DNA of 61,078 nt, filler included, from Sphacelaria rigidula (Eukaryota): NCBI GenBank assembly GCA_964200075.2. It is 9 parts of 9 records of this genome, joined end to end, with 100 filler letters (N's around TTAATTAATTAA, not from the genome) between each part and the next. Parts side by side here need not be neighbours in the genome. Positions count along the whole stretch, not along the records: positions 47,585 to 54,281 come from CAXNAA020018550.1; positions 54,382 to 61,078 come from CAXNAA020018551.1; 7 more parts are not named here. One strand, given 5' to 3'. Position numbers and translations under genes: made by a program. How positions within the stretch are numbered: the first letter of the stretch is position 1; every line of letters starts with the position of its first letter. The notes beneath the pieces were generated by a model. It did not search any database, was not told where the DNA came from, and saw only the letters and a list, made by a program, of their open reading frames with translations. This document shows positions 48,204 to 60,012 of this stretch, one piece after another.

Positions 48204-49251
48204 CTGCAAAACAAATAAACGACCAGACACACGCATATACACAAGAAAAAGAGAGACAACAAAAAGCAATGTATACACTGTAAATAATGAAAAAAAGGGA
48301 AAAGGTCGGCACTCAATTTTTTTCGTTGGTGATTGGTTGGTGAGTTGATTGATTGTCTCTCATTGACAGAGATATGCTTCCATGATGTACATTTTTTTGT
48401 AAATATTTGCATATCTACTTCTTCGACTTGGATGCGCCTTCGTTACCATCATTTCGGAACAATTTCATCCGGAATCACGCGAGTACCGCGGGCGTACCAC
48501 GTGTATTAGTTGTTGGCGACTGGCACAATACTGCACTACTACAGGACGGACAAACATGGCCGCCCCCCCAGAACCCACCTCGCAACCGCACATTTTAACA
48601 TTTCCTCCGCTTGGAATTCTTACCCAAACGTTGCTGCCACGATAAACGTCGAACTCCTGCATCATTGCCGGCGTGAATAACTCTCGGTCGACATTACCGC
48701 ACAATATCCACGGTAACTAACATCGGAATCATACTTTTTTTCGCCGGTATTTTCCGAGTCTGACGCCTGCGTACCACTAATAACTCACAAAAATCCATCG
48801 CTGCAACTCATCACACGAATAACGACGCTCGAACAAGGATCAAGCCATACGACCCTCTTCGACGATGAATATTATCCGGTCAGCTTGGAAAGGCTCACGA
48901 GCGCGTGTGGTTCTCCCTGCATATTTTTTGCTCGCCGATTTCTGCTCCTTTCTGTATTTTTCTTGATGGCCAACTAAAAACAGAGATTAGTCAGAGACTA
49001 GTACCCCCCCCCAAACAGTACAAATCTCAAAACCCCATGTACTACTTACTGGACAGAGAACAACGTACGTAACAAGGAAAAAAAAAAAAAATCGAACAAC
49101 TGCTGGATCGTCACAACGTCTGCCGTTCTTCGCCTTAAAAGCATCCCACCTCTTTTTCATATCGTCGGCGTCAGCATTAGCAACGGCATGCAATACGGGT
49201 ATATATAACCCCATCCATATGCAAAAGAAAAAATACAAGGAACAACAAGAA

Positions 49252-49619
49252 GTGTGTGTGCTGTGTGTTGTCATCCCATCCATGCTGGACGCCAGTCTAC
49301 ACCTTTCGTTATCATGTGGGCGCATCAGCCAGAGTCACACAGGAGGGAGGCCAACACAGGATTTTCTTTCTCCTTTAGTTTCAGTACCTCATCTTTTTGC
49401 GGTGCTTGCCTTATTTTTTTTATCGCAAGAGGGATTCAGCAGTCTCCTTCCCTCATCGACCGGGCAAGTTTCATTTTTGTGCACCCACGACATCGTCGCT
49501 CCCCACAGTCGGGCTTTGTGAGAAAAAATCCCAGATCGTGTGACTGCACCGAGATTCAAACTCACGACCCAGCCGTCAGAGGGTTTTGAGGTCACCAACT
49601 GAGCCACCGGGGCGACCAG
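49252..49619 (-). mobile_element. tRNA-derived SINE (family S1), intronic
   Basis: TGGCTCAGTTGG A box and GTTTGAATC B box; collinear with 47046-47407. Confidence 0.8.
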
Positions 49620-49689
49620 TGAAGAAAAAACAACAGAATCAAATCCACGGCGACATTTCTCAAGAATGCAGGACAAAAAGAATAAAAAG

Positions 49690-49837
49690 GACACTCTCTA
49701 CGATAGCCCCCCCCCCAAACCAGCCCAAAACTGCCACGAAGAAAATGCTGCGCGTGGGAATGCTCACCTGCTCTTCGCGCTCGGCTTTTTGTGTGTGTGT
49801 GGGGGGGGGGGGGGGGGGGGCTATCGTAAAAAGTATC
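49690..49837. mobile_element. MITE family A, internally deleted
   Basis: GACACTCTCTACGATAGCCCC / GGGGCTATCGTAAAAAGTATC; flanks AAAG/GAAG. Confidence 0.8.
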
Positions 49838-50289
49838 GAAGCCACAATACTTGACTCACCTGAAATGGTGACCTTCTCACCTTGTATGATAACACATACT
49901 ATTTATTTAACCCCAACATGTCTGGAGAAGTGAAAACATGTAAGCAAACAACAGCCAAAAATGCCAACAAATAAAAAAACACACACCTAAATATACGCAG
50001 GGCTTGATTACTGGGTCGCTCTGGGCGCGGGATCCTACAGAATCGTTAGTTTGTGTCTCAGCAATTCAGTTGTCGATCGAAAAAGTGCGGGGGAAAACAA
50101 AACTCCGATCTGATATGCCGTGATTCCAATATAAAATGACCGATAGTTGAAACCACGACCGATCAGATCGGCATTTTCCTTTTTCCATCGCACGTCTTTC
50201 GATCGTAAAATCATGTGCTAAGCCACGCCCTAACCAGCCTACCAACCAAAGCCCCCCCGACCCCCCCCCCCCCAAAAAAAGGCACTCAC

Positions 50290-50400
50290 CGGGGCCACCT
50301 CCTTGAAGACGAACAGACAGACGCCCGCAAGATAGATGCAAAAGATGTTGACTATCGTCAGCGACATGCTGATGAGCGCGATTGTGAAGTATTCGACTTT
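50290..50400 (-). CDS. DUF389-like membrane protein exon (KVEYFTIALISMSLTIVNIFCIYLAGVCLFVFKEVAP)
   Basis: AACAG acceptor and CCG|GTGAGT donor; 111 nt; hydrophobic helix containing L..VNI. Confidence 0.75.
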
Positions 50401-50484
50401 CTGTTACAAGTCAAAGGCACAAAACCGCACACGCAACGATGGCAAACAAGGCGGGCCGGGTCGGCGTAGTAAGGGTCAGGTGGT

Positions 50485-50812
50485 GAGGGGGGCGTACTCA
50501 TTTTTTTGCCCTAATCGTGACTGCTGACCACGCATCCCCTTCGAGACGGAGCACCGGCCTACACCTGATCAAGACACCTCCAACATCTGGGCGCTCATTA
50601 CGAATCTGGCATGCCGGAGTCATAAACATATTGACCTCGCACCCCTACAAAGCTGGGGCGGAGCACGCCGGGTTTTCGCCGGACCAGGATCATGATCAAT
50701 CACCGAGAGCGAAGCGCCGCGGTGTGCTTGGCGAGGCGCATGAAGGGTGACCTGCACCCTGCTAAGATTGTTCGGCTCGAAGCCTACTGGCTCTCTTGCA
50801 AACGGATGACAG
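50485..50812 (+). repeat. Poly-G/GTACTCAT family: type 1 unit directly followed by a type 2 unit
   Basis: First part matches 26830-26953; second part matches the reverse complement of 17878-18075. Confidence 0.85.
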
Positions 50813-50914
50813 AGACAAAGAACAAGAGAGAGGCTGAAAGGGAGAGAGAGAGAGATACGAGGGTGGCAGACAAGAGACCTACAATGACAGCCACAACGAA
50901 ACGACAAAAAAGAC

Positions 50915-51035
50915 GGGGGGACGGGAGGGTGTACTCATGATCATGTATGCCATAGTCATCAGACTATTGACCTCGCATCCCTACAAAGCCGGGACGGAGC
51001 ACGCCGGGTTTTCGCCGGACCAGGCTCGGGGGGGG
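50915..51035 (+). repeat. Poly-G/GTACTCAT family, type 2 head
   Basis: GGGTGTACTCATGATCATGTATGCCATAGTCATCAGACTATTGACCTCGCATCCCTACAAAGCCGGGACGGAGCACGCCGGG. Confidence 0.85.
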
Positions 51036-51078
51036 GAGGGGGGATCGGGCAAGACGGCAAAAAGCTACACATACTCAC

Positions 51079-51202
51079 ATCCACCTCGAAGTTTACATAC
51101 GTCGGCCCGAGCAGCCCAAACGAGAGACACAAGCCGGTGTTCACCGCAGGCGGGAGCAGAGACGCTGAAATGGCGACCCCCACAAGGCTGTTGACGTTTT
51201 TG
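51079..51202 (-). CDS. DUF389-like membrane protein exon with the signature motif
   Basis: TTTTTGCAG acceptor and GAT|GTGAGT donor. NSLVGVAISASLLPPAVNTGL matches the GVAIA.AL.PP....G motif of DUF389/TIGR00341-type proteins. Confidence 0.8.
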
Positions 51203-51764
51203 CTGCAAAAAGCATGCCAATCACGAAACATACAGGGATGAAGGAGAGCGACAAAGATAGCGGTGTGAGGCACACACGTACACGAAGAGATGACGAAAAA
51301 GAAAAGAAAAAAGAGAGGAATATTTGCATTGAACACGGGGTGGGTAGGTACACACAGTCCTCCATGCACAGGGCAAGCAACCGTTTCACGGTAACCATGG
51401 CTCCGTATGGGTTTCTATGAGTCAGTCTGAGATCGTAACGCAAAGGAAAAACAAAAACGGCTTTTTGACGGACGGGCTTAGGTGTGTGGGTGACCCACCT
51501 GTTTGAATCGGCATCATACTGAGTCCAGAAATGAACGCTGGCCTCAGGTTTCCGTCCCATCACTATTCAAGTCCGCTCAAAATATATACAAAGATCCAAG
51601 AGTGTGCTGGTTGGGGTATTTATTCTATAGTCGGATTCAAAGAAAAATATAACTGTAAGCTCCCGGGACTTGGGGGTACAGTAGTATTGAGATTATACTT
51701 TACAATACCCAGATATTGGGCAAAGTATCTACGATTGTACCTAACCATACCCAAACTTTGGGTA

Positions 51765-52035
51765 AAGTTTCACAAGTCCGACAGCTCATGAGCTACCGAA
51801 AATAACAAATCGAAAGGGACTCTCAGATTGCTCATCCAAAAACACAAATTACGTGACAGCAGGGCCCGAGAAGCCAAAGCGCTACCTTTGCGCTTCTCCG
51901 CGTGCTCGGTGTCCAGCGCTGTAGGGAGAAAATATGGAAAAAGTGATCACATGAGCTAGCTCGTGATCTGGATCAGTACACTAATAAAAAGTAATATTTA
52001 GGTATCTCATGAGCTGTCCGACGTGTGGGAAATTG
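51765..52035. mobile_element. MITE family C, second copy (inverted relative to 16059)
   Basis: TIR ..GACAGCTCATGAG.TACC / GGTA.CTCATGAGCTGTCCGACGTGTG; internal TGAGCTAGCTC.TGATC.GGATC.GTAC is shared. Confidence 0.85.
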
Positions 52036-54230
52036 TCATAATTGTTGTGGTTTTTTTTGTGATTTTTTGTGTTTTTTTTCAACATTTTGTTGTAATTGTT
52101 GAAAGGAATTGAAAAAACAAGCACTGACAAAAACCGAAGAGTTTGGCGGGCTTTGCGAAGATCATATACTTGCTTCTGCTCCTTGCCTACCCTGTCTCGA
52201 TGACCTCGGATGCCGGCGACGCTGACGCACATCTACAGTATGTACAATACACGAGCGCACGGTAGCGACAGCCTGTATGCAAAGTAGCAACATTATCTCA
52301 CGCCTCGCCAAATTTTTCCGGACTGCTAGGGGTGGGTAGTCGAGGCACACGACACGGAACATGATTCCACAAATGTGATCATGGTGATGAGCTTGGAGGG
52401 GCGGTGTGTCCGTCATCTCAGCGATCTCCATGCCAAGAATCTCTGTACACGGCAGCTGACTGCACCCGCCAACGCCTCGGCAATAAACTAGGGGACAGCA
52501 GGCTGGGTTCCCTCCCCCTCAAAAACTCGAATCTTCGATCTTGGGGGCTGCGTTCCCCGAAAATATATATGACACACTCTTGATAAAATACCTTTTTCTT
52601 CATGCTTCTGCAAGTACCCGACGAATTTCAGCCCGTGTACACCCGACAGAACACAACCGACCTTGGAAATTTCCAAGCTACTGTAAGCTGTATCCTTCCT
52701 TCTTCGCGATGAAGAAAATATCGAAGACATTAATCGTCCCCCCCGCGTTGGAGCAGACGTCTCTTCATGATGCGATTGACATTTGGAAGCCCGTTCATCC
52801 TGCTGTGTATCAGTTCAACCAAGGGTCTTTGGAAAAAGATTGCTGAACACGTGACCCCAAGATCGAAAAATTGTGTTTTCAAGGGGGGGGGAGGACACCC
52901 AGCCTGCTTTCCCCTGGTTTTTTGCCGAGACGTTGGCGGATGCGGTTAGCTGCCGTGTACAGAGATCCTTGGCATGGAGACCAATGGGATAGCGGACGAC
53001 TTCTTCTGCGATAGCCCCCTCCCCCCAATACCAGCCTAAAACTGTCACGAAGAAAAGGGTCATACAGCACCTAATTTTTTGTTCCAGGCTGCATCAATTG
53101 CCTCATGTGGGCCACATTGTTGCTGAAAACGAACCCCAAGCGTGGGAACTCTCAGCTGCTCGTTGTGCTCGCCCTTTTTCATTTCGAGTCACGTGTAGAT
53201 TTTGCCTCCCCACACGACCCACTTTGTGGGGAGGGGCTATCGTAGGAAGTGTCGGACACGCCCCCCACAAAAGCTCATCGCTCATCATGATGACACTAAT
53301 GGGATCATTTTCCGCGTCGTGTGCCTCGAGTAACCACCAGTAGTCCGGGCAAGTTTGGCGAGGCATGAGATACAATGTAATGTTGCTGCTTTGGCTGCAG
53401 GCTGTCGCTACCGTGCGATTGCGTGCATACAAGTGCGTGAGCGTGGCCGGCATCCGAGGCCATTGGAACGGAGCGGGCAAGGAGCAGAAGCGAATACACG
53501 AATATCTCAAAGCCCACCAGACTTGTCGGTTTCTGCTGGTGTTTCTTGATCGATTTCTTCAACATTCTTGACAAAAAGAGGAACAAAATCATGACAACTT
53601 TTGAAAAAATGTCCCTGGCAGGCGCACGCGGGGGGGGCGGGGCTCCGTGTCCGAAAATCTTCTCCAGACAGACACTTGAGGGTCTGCCGAGCGAAACATT
53701 ATGAACACGTAGCCACCCCCCCCCCATCCCACCCCCACCCCCACCTCCTTCCGAGAAAACAACTTTTCGAAATTGTCATGATTTTCGTGTTTTTGTTTTG
53801 TCAAATATTGTTGAAGAAATTGGTCGAGAAATACCGACATGAACCGAAAAGTATGAAGGACTTTTCGACGTTCGTATACTTGCTTCTGCTCCTTGCCCGC
53901 TCTGTCCCGATGACCTCGGATGCCGGCCACGCTCACACACATGTATGCACACGAGCGCACGGTAGCTACAGCCTGTAGCCAAAGTAGCAACATTATCTCA
54001 CGCCTTGTCGACGAGCCGGGCAGCGGCCGCTCCAGAGGATACATCGGGGCCTTCGCTAGTAGGGGAAGCTACTGACGATGAGCTGGGGGGGGGGGGGCGT
54101 GTCCGCTATCTCCGCGGTTTCCACGCCAAGGATATGAGTACACAGCAGCTGACCGCATCCACCAACGCCTCGACTATTCACTAGGGGAAAACAGGCTGGG
54201 TTTCCTCCCCCCCCCCCCCCCCCCCAACCA
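52030..54230. repeat. Three ~500-bp copies of one repeat in alternating orientation (+ 52030-52547, - 52855-53608, + 53760-54230)
   Basis: Shared GCTTCTGCTCCTTGCC, CCTCGGATGCCGGC, GCACGGTAGC.ACAGCCTG, GTACAC.GCAGCT.AC.GCA.CC.CCAACG and CAGGCTGGG. Confidence 0.9.
52998..53253. mobile_element. MITE family A inserted in the middle arm
   Basis: Exact 4-bp TSD GGAC (52994-52997, 53254-53257); the empty site GATAGCGGACACGCCCC is seen in the paralogous arm at ~54093-54110. Confidence 0.88.
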
Positions 54231-54281
54231 ACACAAAAAATTCAGACACAAAAACGAGGAAAAAAAGAGGCTCACACCAGA

Positions 54282-54381
54282 NNNNNNNNNNNNNNNNNNN
54301 NNNNNNNNNNNNNNNNNNNNNNNNNTTAATTAATTAANNNNNNNNNNNNNNNNNNNNNNNNNNNNNNNNNNNNNNNNNNNN
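54282..54381. other. Artificial contig spacer
   Basis: N44-TTAATTAATTAA-N44. Confidence 0.98.
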
Positions 54382-54729
54382 CCCACCCACCCAATGTACA
54401 GCACACAGCCTCGATTTCTGTATATCGTTCTGTTTCGTTCACGGGATGTCCGAGATAGATTTTTCAACTACACAAACGGCAAACAGTGGGCATGGCTCCG
54501 GGGTTCTCGTATTTGTATCAAGCAAGTTCAAGCTTACCGTCCGACTTTCTCACTTATTGGACGAAGTGCCTAGCATTTAGACCAATGCACAATATATTGA
54601 GTGATCAGTGTGTCGGCTCGGAAGTGATTATCTCTTCTCTGATACCTTCCCCAGTTTCCGCCACATTTTCGTCAGTGCCGTTTACGTTCATTTCGGTGGT
54701 ATCGTTGTGCTTGCCATGTCCTTGGCAAG

Positions 54730-54813
54730 GTGGGCGACTCGACTATCCCGTGGAACGACCAATTCAGGTTCTTCATGACGACCAAGCTTAGCAACCCACA
54801 CTATCCGCCCGAG
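54730..54813 (+). CDS. Axonemal dynein heavy chain, exon (AAA5)
   Basis: VGDSTIPWNDQFRFFMTTKLSNPHYPPE; AG acceptor and GAG|GTCAGT donor. Confidence 0.9.
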
Positions 54814-55808
54814 GTCAGTCGTTCGGTTTGGGATTTCCATTTTGCTACAAAATTATATGATGGAGCTACTGCCGGAGTACTCGTGCACAAAAAATAGTGC
54901 ACATCAGTTCAACTTTGCACGAGGGGACAAACTGTGCTCCGTTGCAGTCAAAGCCTCGACGGCACTTGGCAGATTTTTTGGTTCATGCGAGATATTCCAA
55001 AACAATGTGTCGTCATTATTAAGTCAATTTTCTTACTAATTTTATTTCCTCACTATAACTTTTCTGTTCTTCGCTCCTTTCCTTCTTTCCCCTTCATACT
55101 CAGTTGTGTTGTTTTTTCTGTTTGAATTTGTCTTCATTTTGCTGGTTTTTGGTTCTTGGTTTGGTTTTCATCCTTCCGTTTAATCTTTTTGCTCTAGTTT
55201 TTTCTCTTCACGTTTTTTCTCAAGCGAGCGTTTTTGTTTGTTTTCTTGGCTACACCCATCTTGAGACCGCGGCTGGGTCCATCGGGGATCAACCTTTGCA
55301 CAGCGATCAACCAATCTCTCAGTGGGATCCTTCGCACCAGTATTGTGTGCCTGAAAGCGGATGAATACGACGTCGCCGGCCAACGGAAGCTATAAGGCCA
55401 TTGCCTCCACCTTCCGTGATACGACAACGTCGCATCGCCCTCGTTCGATAGTATCATGAAGTTACACAGTGATGTCTAGATGGCGGCGAACGACGTGAAT
55501 ATTTGTAACGTAGTCTAGAGGTTGGTATCACGGCCAGCGTGCTCTACATACCGCATGAGTTAACCATCCCAGCCGTCACATACAATTCCCCCCCCCTGCC
55601 TAGTAGTTTGAGTATTAAGATATATGCGTCTCTCCATCTCTTCTGTTTGAGAAAGAAAATCAAACAAGACAACCCATGACGATGATCCCTCCGCCTCAAT
55701 GCGCACACCTCTCACACAGACATACCCCCTTCATTAACCTCCCGATCGTCTGCATTTGGTGATGGTGATGGTGATGATTGGTGACGGTGACGATTATGCT
55801 GGTACCAG

Positions 55809-55929
55809 GTGTCCGTGAAAGTGAGCTTGTTGAACTTCGCCATCACCTTTTCGGGTCTGGAGGATCAGCTGCTGGGCGTGGTTGTGGTAGAAGAGATGCC
55901 TGAGATGCAGGAGAAGAAAAATAGTCTAG
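55809..55929 (+). CDS. Axonemal dynein heavy chain, exon
   Basis: VSVKVSLLNFAITFSGLEDQLLGVVV..E.PE..EKKN; phase 1 end. Confidence 0.93.
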
Positions 55930-56400
55930 GTCCGTACTACACCTACTGCAGCATTTCAAGGCCACCAGATAGATATTCGCAGCGGGAAGTATTTTCGGCG
56001 TGTCGGAGCGGACGGGGTGGCACGATGAGGACACGATGATCAGCGTGTAAACTTTGACAACACTTTTGCTACCAACGCATGATACCTGTTTGCTGCGTAT
56101 CAACAGCCTGGTACTGTATCATAGGGGGTCGGCTCTTTTTCACGAAATGCACTATCATGTCCAGCGTAAAGGCAGACTGGCCGCGTTGCGGAGACATACG
56201 TGGCTGCCCCTAGCGTTTAGTAGTTTCATACGACGCAAGTAGCATACATGTATTCAGAGCACGCTCAAAGTCGAACCCCGGTGAGAGCTGTATTAGCTTC
56301 TGCGGTTAATCTACAGTCGTATTCGAACAAAGCCTGTCCATTGACGTTTCTTCATCATCTGTTGCCGCTTTTACTCGTTTGCTTTCCGACCCCGACACAG

Positions 56401-56555
56401 TGGTTGCGAACGCAAAAATGAAAAAGGAACTGCAGGAAATAGAAAACCGAATCCTGTTCTTGTTGAGCAATTCGAAGGGGAATATCCTCGACGATCACGA
56501 ACTGATTGAAACCCTGGCTTCTTCCAAGAAAACTTCCACCGAGATCACCCTCAAG
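56401..56555 (+). CDS. Axonemal dynein heavy chain, exon
   Basis: ELQEIENRILFLLSNSKGNILDDHELIETLASSK; phase-compatible. Confidence 0.93.
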
Positions 56556-57159
56556 GTCAGTGAAATGACAGACGTTTGACGTTTGTCGTCTGTCCTATCG
56601 AGGCAACTACTTCGTTTATGCATCAGATTGCGTACAGTATATTGAAAGCTTGGAATGTACGTGTAGTTTTCCGTGATGATCGGGTATGTCAGTCTTCATG
56701 TTGACTTGATGCTGACAGGAGCGGGAGTTTCGAAAGGCGTCATCTTGTTCCGTCCCTCCATCACTTGAGCATGATTCCTTCTGGCTATTACAGTCGCTGT
56801 CAGATGCACGCGATGTCAATCTCATTTGCAGTCATTGCTCCAGTTGACGGCGCAATGGAAAACTGAAAATGTTGCATGCCCCCAGCGAACGGTTGTTTCG
56901 TTGGTGTAATGGTGTTGACGGAAATGTCCAATCCGATTCCCTACTATTATCGTGGTCTGTAAATGGTGCTTTTCATCCGCTTATGGGCCACATTACTGGG
57001 CTTGCAAGTAGCGCTACGGCGTGATGAATGGGGGACGTACTCAACATCACCAGGCAAGCAAATCTGCTGAAAGAAGGTGTACCCTGAATCGGTTGTTGTT
57101 GCGACGCCCAACTCCGCTCTGGCGTGCTCTTCCTTGATACCCCGCGACACCTGCCTCAG

Positions 57160-57324
57160 GTCGCCGAAGCAGAAGTGACGGAAAAAGATATCGACCAGAG
57201 CCGCGAGCGATATCGACCTGTGGCCTACCGAGGATCCATCATGTACTTTTGTGTCAGGGATTTCAACATGGTGGATCCCATGTACCAGTACTCGCTGCAG
57301 TGGTTCACCAACCTCTTTGTACAG
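57160..57324 (+). CDS. Axonemal dynein heavy chain, exon (probable GC donor)
   Basis: IDQSRERYRPVAYRGSIMYF..VDPMYQYSLQWFTNLFVQ; ends CAG|GCGAGT. Confidence 0.92.
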
Positions 57325-57679
57325 GCGAGTCACTAAGCGACAAGGTTTAGCCTAGAAAATGATACCGCTAGTCCAGTCTCGTGCCCAACGATATGACACA
57401 TCTGCGGGACAGTGTTGTGTAAAAGGTGCGAATAGCTGATAACGGGCGGGGGGGTATGTAGGTAAATATCGAAGGAACAAGAGCATCGTAATTGTGCCAT
57501 GTGTCATACTTCATTTCTTTCTCTGTCCTTCGACTGCTTTCTTGAGCTTCTGTCTTCCTCTCTTTCTTTTGCGTGTGCGTCTTTTGTCTGTTTCTAGTTC
57601 TCTAGTCCAGTGTGTTTGTTCGCTCTATCCATACTTCGTCTCCTGTCTTTCTCGACTTTCCTTCAGTGAGCCAGTGTTT

Positions 57680-57790
57680 TCATTTTGTTTACCTCGGGAA
57701 CGTCGATCTTGTGGAGAATGACCACAACATCAGTAGGATCCTAGGGGATCGGTTAATGTGCGGCTACCAGTCAAACCAACCAATCAATAC
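57680..57790 (+). mobile_element. RTE-type 3' terminus in a dynein intron (a similar one lies at ~55235-55318)
   Basis: CTCGGGAACGTC..GGATCCTAGGGGATCGGTTAATGTGCG followed by an AACC/AATC tail, preceded by a pyrimidine-rich stretch. Confidence 0.6.
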
Positions 57791-58105
57791 GTGTACCATA
57801 CACTGAGTGAACCATGCGGAGCTGCCCAACTTCCCTCACGAAAACGAAATCGTTGTCGTTCTCGAGTCACCCATTCAAGACTACCCCGAGACGCAAATTG
57901 AAAACAATCTTTCAATGGCACTGTGTGTGTAAGCTGTGGAAAAGACAGAGAGCCCGACAAAACATAGTTTTAGGTCGTCAGGTTTCTCTTGGTAAAGATT
58001 CTATACCGCTGCATTGTCATTGGACAAATGGTTGACTCATCCGACTCATCCGACCCGTTCGCCGAAGGAATCCATGCTACGTCGCCGTGTCCTGCGATAC
58101 TTCAG

Positions 58106-58261
58106 GGTATCCGTCAAAGCGAAAAGAGCGACGACCTGGAGGAGAGGTTGGAGGAGCTCAACAACTTCTTTACGTACTACGTGTATACCAACGTGTGTCG
58201 AAGTCTCTTCGAAAAGGACAAGCTGCTCTTCTCTTTCCTCATCACCGTCAGGGTGCTGCAG
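58106..58261 (+). CDS. Axonemal dynein heavy chain, exon
   Basis: [24 protein letters not shown] motif. Confidence 0.94.
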
Positions 58262-58889
58262 GTCTCGCAACTTCCCAATCACTCGCTTGCATGACTTTGG
58301 TATACAACACGCGCTGTATACGGCTTGTCTCGCTCAGGCTGTCCATTACCCACATCGTATAACACACCATTCGGTCGGTTAGTACATGATTTTGGTTGGG
58401 ACAGCCTGCCCGTATGGTCTATCCATTTTTTCAGGTTGTGTGGTTCTCTACCGCGTAGCAAATTTCCGGAATGTGAGAACACAAGCACGGCTCACTACAC
58501 CTTGATACAGTAGCAGTGGCTCCCATGACACGTTCAAACGCAATAGCGTGGGTCCAAGCTACTCGGCTAAGAGAAACCGGTGTTGCGGCGGTATACGGGC
58601 TTTCGGTCTCGATTCATCGCCCAAAATTACGTGATGATGCCGGGCATCCTTTCTCACAGTAATCTCCAGCCGAACGGAATGAGCTGTCGTGTGCGCAAGC
58701 ACCTGAAGGCCATTATTTTCTGCCGTACGTTCATCAGTGAGAGCGAATATTGAGTGAATTTAACCGCAGCAGGGACGTCACCTTGACTTTTATTCGCCAA
58801 TTTCAGTTGAGGCCTCTAGAATGGTTATCATGGTGAGAGATATGCCTCACCATCGCATGCCTCTTGCGTGCCTATTTTGAACACACTAG

Positions 58890-59087
58890 GGAGACAAACT
58901 GATCGACGACAACGAGTGGTCATTCCTCATCTCCGGTAAAACCTACACGCCAGTCAACGCCGGGGCAAATCCCGGGCCTTCTTGGATCGACGCAAGGATG
59001 TGGAGCGAAGTTCAGGCGGTATCGGGACTGCCAGCGTTCGAAGGGCTAGCTGAAAGCTTTGCGGGTCCTTTGCTCGAAGGATTCAAG
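58890..59087 (+). CDS. Axonemal dynein heavy chain, exon
   Basis: IDDNEWSFLISG..NPGPSWIDARMWSEV..LPAFEGL; TAG acceptor and AAG|GTGGGC donor; 198 nt. Confidence 0.9.
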
Positions 59088-59762
59088 GTGGGCCAGAGAA
59101 TGGAGACTCGTGTCACTACGGACGAGGCATGATATCGAGACGGGTTGAAGGCCCGATTCATGAATGAATCTGACGCTTTATCGTCTTCATCTACCATTGC
59201 ACGACTCTGGGGATTGTTATTCTGTTCGTAGCGAGTTGGTGGTAGGATACTCAAAGCGGAATGAAGTGGCGTTGTGGCAGTTCACCTGACAAAATGGGGG
59301 TTTACTTTGGCTCGTGAGTTATGCGCAACTGAATTGTTTAATATTGCGAAAACAGAAGCGGCCCCAGCGCGAATCTGAATCGAACAAATGACATGAGTGT
59401 CGAGGGCACACATTATAAGCGTGAGAGTCAAATGATGGAACAGAAAGTGGACGTGCAGACAGCATACGTCCACAACGGGTTACAAAACATTGCGTACGTG
59501 TGAGGGCATCAGAAACTGACATCCAGGGTATACCACCTCTAGACGAGGATTCAGACCGTGCCCATTCATGATAGCATATAGTGAACGCCTGGCCTCAATA
59601 AGCATTTGAAGCACAACATTAAGCGGCCGAATAAAACCACGACCTACGTTACAGACACGCGGAATTTCCATGGACGACGTACAGCTTATCCTGCTTATAT
59701 CATTGTCCCGCCGCTGGTCTACTGTTTCGTCTCCGCGAAACCCGACAATATGTGCATTGCAG

Positions 59763-60012
59763 TTTATCTACGATCACATGGAGCCGCAGACGTTAGCACT
59801 TCCAGGAGAATGGGAAACACGATTGAACGCCATGCAGAAGCTGTGCATGCTCCGTTGTGTCAGGGCTGACAAGATGCCAGACGCACTTCTCAACTATGTT
59901 ATGACCAGCCTCGGAAAAGAGTTCGTGGAACCTCCTCCGTTCGACCTGGAAGCCTGTTACTCCGATTCTACTGTGCTGACACCACTTATCTTCGTGCTTT
60001 CCAAGGGATCCG
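59763..60012 (+). CDS. Axonemal dynein heavy chain, exon (start of AAA6)
   Basis: QKLCMLRCVRADK..LGKEFVEPPPFDL..YSDS..TPLIFVLSKGS. Confidence 0.94.

Noticed and set aside
51531..51791. ORF with a 14-aa repeat (LRLYFTIPRYWAKY)
   Set aside because: Translation of a short 42-bp tandem repeat, with no splice or homology support.
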